Below, in pieces: positions 57,058 to 64,000 of a stretch of 64,000 bases of DNA. Origin of the DNA: Alphaproteobacteria bacterium. Its GTDB lineage: Bacteria > Pseudomonadota > Alphaproteobacteria > UBA828. The position numbers and the translations under genes were made by a program. Below the pieces are notes generated by a model. That model had not been told where the DNA came from. It did no database searches and was given only the letters and a program-made list of their open reading frames with translations. Each line of letters begins with the position of its first letter. Position 1 is the first letter of the stretch. Where the stretch lies: contig CBDCQT010000013.1 of assembly GCA_965220745.1 (NCBI GenBank), forward strand, positions 896,001 to 960,000, written 5' to 3'.

Positions 57058-57741
57058 TCAGCCCTCCAAGAGGCTCAGCGCATGGGCGAGGGGCGGGGCC
57101 TCGCGCCAGGGAGCGGGGGAGTGGCAGAGACGCGGCACATGCGCGATGGGTAGCGGCCCCGCGTGCCTGGCGATGGCTTCCGCCGTCTCAGCCGGGGGCA
57201 CCGGGCTCTCCGGCGATTCGCTGATGACGAGACCGGCGACCTCGATGCCGCGCCCGCGTATGGCCGCGAGCGTGGTCAGCGTGTGGCTGATGGTGCCGAG
57301 GTAGCTGCCCGCCACCACCAGCGCCGGCGCGCGGAGTTCTGCGATCCAGTCGAGCACGGTGTGGTCGTCGTTGAGCGGCACCATGGCACCGCCGATGCCC
57401 TCGACCAGCAGCGGGTCGCCCTCAGCCGCGCGACAGAAGGCGACGATGTCCGCGAGGTCGAGGCGGCGCCCCTCGCGGGCCGCGGCCATGTCGGGCGAGA
57501 GCGGGGCGGCGAAGCGCCAGGGCGTGATCTCGGCGACGGCCTCCTCGGTCACGGCTTCGCCCAAACTCGCGAGGAGAACGCCGGGGTCGCTCTCTGCAAG
57601 CGTCGCCGGGTCGTAGCCGCTGAGAACCGGCTTGAGCGCGCGGACGGGCCGGCCCGCGGCGCGAAGCTGGTGACAAAGGGCGGCCGCGACCAGTGTCTTG
57701 CCGATCTCGGTGCCCGTGGCGGTAACGAAAAGCGTGCTCAT
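57058..57741 (-). CDS. bioD: Dethiobiotin synthetase
   Basis: FVTATGTEIGKT, LKPVLSG, PLSPDMAA, VEGIGG and YLGTISHTL. ATGA overlap with bioF. Confidence 0.95.
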   Translation of the reverse strand: MSTLFVTATGTEIGKTLVAAALCHQLRAAGRPVRALKPVLSGYDPATLAESDPGVLLASLGEAVTEEAVAEITPWRFAAPLSPDMAAAREGRRLDLADIVAFCRAAEGDPLLVEGIGGAMVPLNDDHTVLDWIAELRAPALVVAGSYLGTISHTLTTLAAIRGRGIEVAGLVISESPESPVPPAETAEAIARHAGPLPIAHVPRLCHSPAPWREAPPLAHALSLLEG

Positions 57742-58907
57742 CGCTCGTCCCGGTCCAGAATGCGTTCGCGAACGATGTCCGCCAGCCGCTCGATATCGTC
57801 GTCGTCGTGGCCGGCGCTGAAGGTGAGGCGGAGCCGCGCCGTGCCCTCCGGCACCGTCGGCGGCCGGATCGCCGTGACGAGATAGCCCTCGTCCTCCAGC
57901 AGCCGCGAGGCCCCGAGTGCGCGCTGCGGCGCGCCGAGCAGGATGGGCACGATGCAGCTTTCCGGCGTCGGCAGGTTGAGACGCGTGCAGAAGAGCGACG
58001 CCTTGCGCAGCGGCGCCGCGACCAGGGGGGGATCGTTTGCAATCAGGTCGAGGGCCGCGATGCTGGCTGCGACCACGCCGGGCGGCAGCCCGGTGGAGTA
58101 GATGAAGGGCCGCGCGCGGGTACGGATGAGGTCGATCACCGGCTGCGAGGCGCAGAGATAGCCGCCGTAGCTGCCGACCGCCTTCGACAGCGTGCCCATC
58201 TGCAGCGGTACCTCGACCTTCGCGCCGCCGACGAAGCTCGACCCGCGCCCGCCGCCGACCACGCCGATGCCGTGGGCATCGTCGGTCATCAGCCATGCGT
58301 CGTGGGCCGCCGCGATCTCGGCCAGCGCCGCGACCGGCGCGAGGTCGCCGTCCATGCTGAACACGCCATCGGTGAGCAGCAACGCGCGCTCGTGGCCGGC
58401 GCGGTGTTCAGCTAGCAGGGTTTCCACGTGGTCGAGATCGTTGTGCCGGAAAATCTCGACGCGCGACTGCGAGAGCGCCGCGCCCGCGCGCAGACACGCG
58501 TGGCTCAGCTCGTCGGCCACGATCAGGTCGCCGGCACCGACGAGGCTCGGAACGATGCCGAGATTGGCGAGGTAGCCCGAGCCGAAGACGCAGGCGTCTT
58601 CGGTGCCCTTGAGGCGGGCGAGACGGCGTTCCAGCGCGGCGAAGAGGGGATGGTTGCCGGTGACAAGCCGCGACGCGCCGGCGCCGGCGCCCCAGCGCTC
58701 GGTGGCTTCGACAGCGGCCCGCTTGACCGCCGGGTGCTGCGACAGGTTGAGGTAGTCGTTGCTGCAGAAAGAGATCAGCGTTCGCCCGTTCCGCTTCACA
58801 CTGACCGGCCCGCACGGCGCGGTCTCGTGGACGGTGCGGCGCAACTGCCGCTCTGCCAGAGCGGCGAGCTTGTCCTCGGCGAAGCGTTCGAGCGTATCCA
58901 TGCGCAT
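57738..58907 (-). CDS. bioF: 8-amino-7-oxononanoate synthase
   Basis: FCSNDYLNL, GAGASRLVTG, DELSHAC, DGVFSMDGD, DDAHG, GTLSKA and IRPPTVP. Confidence 0.94.
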   Translation of the reverse strand: MRMDTLERFAEDKLAALAERQLRRTVHETAPCGPVSVKRNGRTLISFCSNDYLNLSQHPAVKRAAVEATERWGAGAGASRLVTGNHPLFAALERRLARLKGTEDACVFGSGYLANLGIVPSLVGAGDLIVADELSHACLRAGAALSQSRVEIFRHNDLDHVETLLAEHRAGHERALLLTDGVFSMDGDLAPVAALAEIAAAHDAWLMTDDAHGIGVVGGGRGSSFVGGAKVEVPLQMGTLSKAVGSYGGYLCASQPVIDLIRTRARPFIYSTGLPPGVVAASIAALDLIANDPPLVAAPLRKASLFCTRLNLPTPESCIVPILLGAPQRALGASRLLEDEGYLVTAIRPPTVPEGTARLRLTFSAGHDDDDIERLADIVRERILDRDER

Positions 58908-58943
58908 TCCCGCGCCGAGGCGGCGGTGCCGCGCGCGTGGCGG

Positions 58944-60350
58944 CTAGAGCTCGCCTTCCCGGCGCAACATGCGGATGGTCTCGCGGAAGGCGTCGACGGT
59001 GACGGGGAGATCGTCCGCCGTGTTGGCGGCCGAGGTCATGCCGCCGGGCCAGCCCTGGATGTCCACGCCGTTCACCAGCAGGCCCAAGCGGATCTTGTTG
59101 ACGAGCGCCGGCGGGCGGTCCTTGAGCTCGGCGTAGTCGATCTCGAGCGGATCGAAAGTCGACGGCGTGATCGCGCGTCCGCGCGGGTTCATGAAGAGGT
59201 GGAACGAGGAGAAGGTGCCGTAGACCGACCAGGGGACGCTTTCATCCTCCAGCACCCCGTTGAGCCCGGCCCGAAGCTCGGCGCCGAAGGCCGACGCCCG
59301 CTCGCACGCGTCCGAATCCCGCACGATCTCAAGCGCGGCCGTGCCGGCGGCGGCGGAGACGGGGTTCGCGTTGAAGGTGCCGGGGTGGAAGATCTTCTCG
59401 CGGCCGCTTGCCTTGGTCTCGTAGAAGTCCAGGTCGTCGAGAATCTCCTTGCGCCCGGCCACGGCCCCGCCCGGCAGGCCGCCGGCGATGATCTTGGCGT
59501 GGGTGCTCATGTCGGGCGTGACGCCGAAATACCCCTGCGCGCCACCGGGAGCGACGCGAAAGCCGGTAATCACCTCGTCGAAGATCAGCACCACGCCGTG
59601 ATTCGCCGTGAGCTCCCGCAGGAAGCTCAGAAACTCGAACGCGTGGGGCACGAGCCCGAAGGAGCCGCCGGTCGGCTCCAGAATCGCGGCGGCGATATCG
59701 TCGTTGGCCTCGAAGGCGGTGCGCGCGGCCTCCTTGTCGCCGGGCGGCAGCAGGATCACCTGGGACGCGAGGTCCGGAAGCACGCCGGTCGTTGGCGAAC
59801 CGTCGAAATGCGAGATGTAGCCGGAGGTCATGTGGTCGTGCCAGCCGTGGAAGTGGCCCTTGAAACGCACGATCTTGTGCTTGCCGGTATGCGCGCGGGC
59901 CAGGCGGAGGGCCATGTGCGTCGCCTCGGTGCCGGAGGAGGTGAAGCGCACCCGCTCCGCGCACGGCACCATCTCGCGCACGATCTGCGCCCAGCGCACC
60001 TCGCGCTCGTGGTTGGCGCCGGGATGCGTGCCGTCCGGCAGCGCCTCCTGGATCGCGGCGACCACCTCCGGCCGGCCGTGGCCGAGCAACAGGGCGCCGT
60101 GGCCGCCGGCGTAGTCGACATACTCGTTGTCGTCCCGGTCCCACTTGCGCGAGCCCTCGGCCCGCGTGACGTAGATGCCGTAGGGCTGCATGTGGCGCGC
60201 ATCGTGGACGATGCCGGAGGGCAGGATGTCCCTGGCCTCGGATGCGAGCGCCGCCGAGCCGGGCGTCTTCGTCAGGTAGGCCTGAACGATCCCGGAGTTG
60301 GAGGCGAGCAGGTCGGCGCTCGCCGCCGCCTGTGATGTTGCCGTGTTCAT
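58944..60350 (-). CDS. Class III aminotransferase, glutamate-1-semialdehyde aminomutase-like
   Basis: RFTSSGTEAT, GHFHGWHD, ILEP, LIFDEVITGFR, PLP lysine in HAKIIAGGLP and GTFNANP. Confidence 0.88.
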   Translation of the reverse strand: MNTATSQAAASADLLASNSGIVQAYLTKTPGSAALASEARDILPSGIVHDARHMQPYGIYVTRAEGSRKWDRDDNEYVDYAGGHGALLLGHGRPEVVAAIQEALPDGTHPGANHEREVRWAQIVREMVPCAERVRFTSSGTEATHMALRLARAHTGKHKIVRFKGHFHGWHDHMTSGYISHFDGSPTTGVLPDLASQVILLPPGDKEAARTAFEANDDIAAAILEPTGGSFGLVPHAFEFLSFLRELTANHGVVLIFDEVITGFRVAPGGAQGYFGVTPDMSTHAKIIAGGLPGGAVAGRKEILDDLDFYETKASGREKIFHPGTFNANPVSAAAGTAALEIVRDSDACERASAFGAELRAGLNGVLEDESVPWSVYGTFSSFHLFMNPRGRAITPSTFDPLEIDYAELKDRPPALVNKIRLGLLVNGVDIQGWPGGMTSAANTADDLPVTVDAFRETIRMLRREGEL

Positions 60351-60358
60351 GTCCTGTC

Positions 60359-61081
60359 CTATTCGATGTAGGGATCGACCGCGTCGCGCACGGCCTTGGC
60401 GACCGCGACGGCGCCCGGCGTATCCGAATGGACGCAGATCGTCTCCGCCTTGGTCGGCACGTCCTTGCCGTTGACCGAGCGGATTACGCCGTCCTTCACC
60501 ACGCGCATGATCTGCGCCACCGCCTGTTCCGGCGCCACGGACTTGTGCTCGCGCGTGATGATGCAGCGGCCCTCGTCGTCATAGTCGAGGTCGGCGAAGA
60601 TCTCCCACACGACATCCGCGTACTTGGGCCAGATGGTCTCGTGCATGGTGCCGGTGGTGCCGTACATGGGCACGCCGAAGACCTGTGCCGCCTCGGCGCA
60701 CGCGGTGGCCACGTCTTCGTCGATCCAGGCGGCGCCGTAGAGTGCACCGTGGGGCTTCAGGTGGTTGAGTGTCATCCCCTCCATTTCGAGAAAACCCTTC
60801 AGTGCGCCGCATTGATAGATGATGGCGTCGCGCAGCTCCTTGCGATCCATCTTCATGTAGCGCCGCCCGAAGCCGTCCCGGTCGGGGAACGACGGGTGAG
60901 CCCCCACCTTCACGCCGTGCTTCTTGGCGAGCACGACGGTTTCGTGCATCACGCCGGGGTCCGAGGCATGGAAACCGCAGGCGACGTTGGCCGAGGTGAT
61001 GTAGGGCATGATCGCCTCGTCGTCGCCGCAGGTGTAGATGCTGTAGGCCTCGCCCATGTCGCAGTTGATGTCGATCCCCAT
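60359..61081 (-). CDS. pxpA: LamB/YcsF family protein (5-oxoprolinase subunit A-like)
   Basis: DINCDMGE, ANVACGFHASDP, GAHPSFPD..GFGRR, KPHGALY and TICVHSDTPGA. Start re-picked at MGIDIN. Confidence 0.88.
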   Translation of the reverse strand: MGIDINCDMGEAYSIYTCGDDEAIMPYITSANVACGFHASDPGVMHETVVLAKKHGVKVGAHPSFPDRDGFGRRYMKMDRKELRDAIIYQCGALKGFLEMEGMTLNHLKPHGALYGAAWIDEDVATACAEAAQVFGVPMYGTTGTMHETIWPKYADVVWEIFADLDYDDEGRCIITREHKSVAPEQAVAQIMRVVKDGVIRSVNGKDVPTKAETICVHSDTPGAVAVAKAVRDAVDPYIE

Positions 61082-61291
61082 GGTCTCCCCCTGCCGTTCC
61101 GTCGCCTCTCCGCCCTCAGTCACGGGTGAGTAACGAGGACTGTCCGTCAAACGTAGCAGGATTGTTTCCCAATCTCGATTCCGTAGCCGTCGACCGTAGC
61201 CGGCGACCTTGCCGAGTCCTGTGGCGGCCCCGTGGCTTTTCGCTCTGTGGCCGTGTGGTTATATGGCGAACGAGTCGGACCCCGAGTCGCA

Positions 61292-62104
61292 ATGAATGCG
61301 CCTGCCGATGCCGTGACCAAGATTGGTCGTCGAGTGACGCGTGAACTCGACCGGTTGAAGAAGTATCGACTGGCGGCCGGACTCCTTTCCTTCGCCAGCC
61401 TCGTGCTCGGCACGCTTCGCGATCTGGCGCCGATCATCGCCGTGGTCGCAGTATTCCAGGTCGCGATCCTGCGCCAACCCTTCCCCGATCTTGGCGGCAT
61501 CGTCGGCGGTCTCGTGCTCGTAATGCTTGGGCTCGCGCTCTTCATCAAGGGCCTGGAGATGGGCCTCTTCCCGCTCGGCGAGGGTCTGGCCCAGGGGTTT
61601 GCCCAAAAGGGGAGCCTGTTCTGGCTTCTCGTCTTCGCCTTCGCGCTCGGCTTCGGAACTACCGTCGCGGAGCCTGCGCTGATCGCCGTCACGGCGGAGG
61701 CCGCCCGGGTCGCCGCCGACGCCGGAGTCGTCGCGGCCAATGCGGACGCCATGGACTCCTATGCCCTCGGGCTACGCTACACGGTCGCCGTCTCGGTCGG
61801 CGTCGGTATCACGCTCGGTGTGCTCCGTATCCTCAAGGGCTGGCCGCTCCACTACTGGATCATCGGCGGCTACATCATCGCCGTCGGCCTCACCTTCATC
61901 GCGCCCGACGAGATCGTCGGCATCGCCTACGATTCCGGCGGGGTCACGACGTCCACCATCACCGTGCCCATGGTGACGGCCCTCGGCGTCGGCCTGGCCG
62001 CGTCGATCCGCGGGCGCAACCCGCTGGTCGACGGCTTCGGGCTCATCGCCTACGCGAGCCTCACGCCCATCATCTTCGTGCTCATCTTCGGCATGGTGAC
62101 TTAG
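61292..62104 (+). CDS. DUF1538 family membrane protein (first copy)
   Basis: [38 protein letters not shown] and DGFGLIA, with multiple TM helices. Start is uncertain. Confidence 0.88.
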   Translation: MNAPADAVTKIGRRVTRELDRLKKYRLAAGLLSFASLVLGTLRDLAPIIAVVAVFQVAILRQPFPDLGGIVGGLVLVMLGLALFIKGLEMGLFPLGEGLAQGFAQKGSLFWLLVFAFALGFGTTVAEPALIAVTAEAARVAADAGVVAANADAMDSYALGLRYTVAVSVGVGITLGVLRILKGWPLHYWIIGGYIIAVGLTFIAPDEIVGIAYDSGGVTTSTITVPMVTALGVGLAASIRGRNPLVDGFGLIAYASLTPIIFVLIFGMVT

Positions 62105-62115
62105 GGCGCGGCGCG

Positions 62116-62358
62116 ATGGAGTTGATCTCTCTCATACTGTCCGCCGGCCTCGATACGGTGCAGGACGTTGCCCCGCTGGTCGCTGCACTCGGCCTCGGCC
62201 TTGCCGCCAATGTGCCTGGGCGAAGCCCTCTGTTCGACGGCTTCGGACCCATCGCCTTCGCCAGCGTGTTCCCAATCATTGCCGTGCTGGGCTACGCCCA
62301 GCTCTCGTCGGCGCTTGAGAGTGCTCAAGAGCGCCGCCGCAGGCGTGGTCGCGCCTGA
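62116..62358 (+). pseudogene. Internally deleted DUF1538 paralog (80 aa, in frame)
   Basis: N-terminal GLDTVQDVAPL is joined directly to C-terminal VAALGLGLAANVPGRSPLFDGFG. Both halves match the ends of 62393-63181. Confidence 0.75.
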
Positions 62359-62392
62359 TGCGGATGCTCATCACGGCCTTCCGAGGTGCGGC

Positions 62393-63181
62393 ATGGTAGA
62401 CATTCTTGTCGTTCTGCCATCCGTCGGCCTCGATACGGTGCGCGACATCGTGCCGCTGCTCGCCATCGTGCTGTTCTTCCAGATCGTCGTCCTGCGCCAG
62501 CGCCCGGCGAATCTCGGTCGGATCGTGGTCGGCTTCGTCTATGTCGTCGTCGGACTCGTGCTGTTCCTCATCGGGCTGGAAGAGGCGCTCTTCCCTCTCG
62601 GCAAGACGATGGCCGCCCAACTGACCGACCCGGCCTTCCTCGGCCTTGCGGCGGGCGCTACCGCTCATTGGCTCGACTATGGCTGGATCTACGCCTTCGC
62701 GGCGGCCATCGGCTTCGGCACCACCATCGCGGAGCCGTCGCTCATGGCCGTTGCGCGCAAGGCCGGCGCCGTCTCGGGCGGGACGATCAACCCCTGGGGT
62801 CTAAGGATTGCCGTTGCCGCGGGCGTTGCCGTCGGCGTCGGGGTGGGGACCGTCCGCATCGTCACCGGGATACCGCTCCACTATCTGTTCATGGGCGCCT
62901 ATGCGCTCGTGATCCTGCTGACGATCTTCGCCTCGCGCAGCATCATCGCGCTCGCCTACGATTCGGGCGGCGTCACGTCGTCGACCGTGACCGTGCCGCT
63001 GGTGGCCGCCTTGGGGCTCGGCCTCGCCGCCAACGTGCCGGGGCGCAGCCCAATGCTCGATGGCTTCGGCCTTATCGCGTTCGCATGTGTGTTTGCCGTC
63101 ATCGCTGTGCTGGGGTTTACCCAGCTTTCGTCGGCGCTCGCCGCCCTGCGCAAGCGCCGATCATCCGGGAAAGGAACCTGA
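62393..63181 (+). CDS. DUF1538 family membrane protein (second copy)
   Basis: [37 protein letters not shown] and DGFGLIA. Start re-picked at MVDILV with a GAGGT RBS. Confidence 0.88.
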   Translation: MVDILVVLPSVGLDTVRDIVPLLAIVLFFQIVVLRQRPANLGRIVVGFVYVVVGLVLFLIGLEEALFPLGKTMAAQLTDPAFLGLAAGATAHWLDYGWIYAFAAAIGFGTTIAEPSLMAVARKAGAVSGGTINPWGLRIAVAAGVAVGVGVGTVRIVTGIPLHYLFMGAYALVILLTIFASRSIIALAYDSGGVTSSTVTVPLVAALGLGLAANVPGRSPMLDGFGLIAFACVFAVIAVLGFTQLSSALAALRKRRSSGKGT

Positions 63182-63184
63182 ACG

Positions 63185-63535
63185 ATGCGTTTCAAGCTCA
63201 TCATGGCGCTCGTGGATTCGGGCGAGACCGATGCCGTTCTCGCCGCCGGCCGTCGCACCGGGGCGACCGGTGCTACAATCATCACCGGCTGCCGCGGCGA
63301 GGGGCTCGAGCCGCAGCAAACCTTTCTCGGCTTGCGGCTGACTGGCCAGCGCGACATCGTGATGTTCCTCGTGGAAGAGCATATGAGCCGCAACGTCCTT
63401 GAGGAGATTGCGACGGCCGGGGCCTTCGAGGAGAAGTCAGGGACGGGGATCGCGTTCCAGATTGCCATCGAAGACGCGATCGGCCTTTCCCATCAGATCG
63501 CCGAGATCAAGCACGAGATCGAGGACCAGATATGA
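63185..63535 (+). CDS. PII-like (GlnB superfamily) signal protein
   Basis: 116 aa with KLIMALVD, GATGATII..RGEG and the B-loop GTGIAF. No GlnB Tyr51-type T-loop motif. Confidence 0.85.
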   Translation: MRFKLIMALVDSGETDAVLAAGRRTGATGATIITGCRGEGLEPQQTFLGLRLTGQRDIVMFLVEEHMSRNVLEEIATAGAFEEKSGTGIAFQIAIEDAIGLSHQIAEIKHEIEDQI

Positions 63536-63990
63536 GCAGGAAGGCAAACACGGCCACGGCAGAAGCGCAGGGTGCGCAGCTCAACACGGTGCGCGCGGTG
63601 ATGTCGCCGATGCCGGCGCCGATCAACGGCGTGGCCACGGTGCACGAGGCTCTCCAAGTGATGCGCGAGAACAACGTGTACTCGCTCGTGGTCGAGCGCC
63701 GTCGGCCCGGCGACGAGTACGGCATGGTCGTGATCTCCGATATCGCCAACAAGGTGATCGCGGACAACCGCTCGCCCGACCGGGTGAATGTCTACGAGAT
63801 CATGTCGAAGCCGGTGCTCACCATCAGCGCAGACATGGAGATCAAGTACGCCATCCGCCTGCTCGGCCGCTTCGGCCTGTCGCGCAGCGTGGTGGTCGAC
63901 GGCAACGAGGCGGTCGGCTTCGTCACGCTGACCGACATGGTCTTTCGCTACTACGAGCAGGAAGCGAGGCGGCAAGAGGCGAGCGGGTAG
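63532..63990 (+). CDS. Stand-alone CBS-pair (Bateman module) protein
   Basis: VRAVMSP...ATVHEALQVM...YGMVVISDI and VYEIMSKPVLTI...GFVTLTD. ATGA overlap with the PII-like gene. Confidence 0.88.
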   Translation: MSRKANTATAEAQGAQLNTVRAVMSPMPAPINGVATVHEALQVMRENNVYSLVVERRRPGDEYGMVVISDIANKVIADNRSPDRVNVYEIMSKPVLTISADMEIKYAIRLLGRFGLSRSVVVDGNEAVGFVTLTDMVFRYYEQEARRQEASG

Positions 63991-64000
63991 GCCGGACGCA

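Noticed and set aside
56342-57153. Plus-strand ORFs 56342-56707, 56631-57014 and 56650-57153
   Set aside because: No motifs, no clear RBS and mutually overlapping frames. The region looks like a degenerate intergenic stretch.
58944-60350. hemL or bioA gene symbol
   Set aside because: It has a GSA-like fold but lacks the typical HemL GGVNSPVR start (it reads SGIVHDAR) and does not resemble BioA, so it is left as a class III aminotransferase.

Overview
High-GC alphaproteobacterial chromosome segment (Rhodospirillales-like by gene content and order; this is an inference). The core backbone is infA, secA, argJ-mutT, tRNA-Pro(CGG), a long minus-strand run yebC-ruvCAB-ybgC-tolQRAB-pal-cpoB-tilS-ftsH-folP-glmM-thiD, then recO-parC and bioFD. 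Accessory blocks interrupt it: (i) directly after tRNA-Pro, about 13 kb with three complete molybdenum-hydroxylase trimers (two paralogous M-S-L modules flanking an L-S-M form II CoxL-like module) plus an AT-rich orphan gene; (ii) a Cada2-like alkylation regulator divergent from a BrnT/BrnA toxin-antitoxin pair; (iii) small catabolic genes, an F420 cluster (PPOX, LLM, PPOX, cofE, cofD) and a TPP-riboswitch-led ThiZXY-type ABC transporter; (iv) an AT-rich frameshifted DUF4238-like gene beside a truncated secreted-protein remnant; (v) a DUF1538-DUF1538-PII-like-CBS operon that contains an internally deleted DUF1538 mini-gene. I saw no CRISPR array, integrase, transposase or rRNA. The best candidates for poorly described systems are the DUF1538/PII-like/CBS operon and the triple Mo-hydroxylase cluster. 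Family assignments come from motif recognition by eye, not database searches. Many start codons were re-picked from the ORF track.
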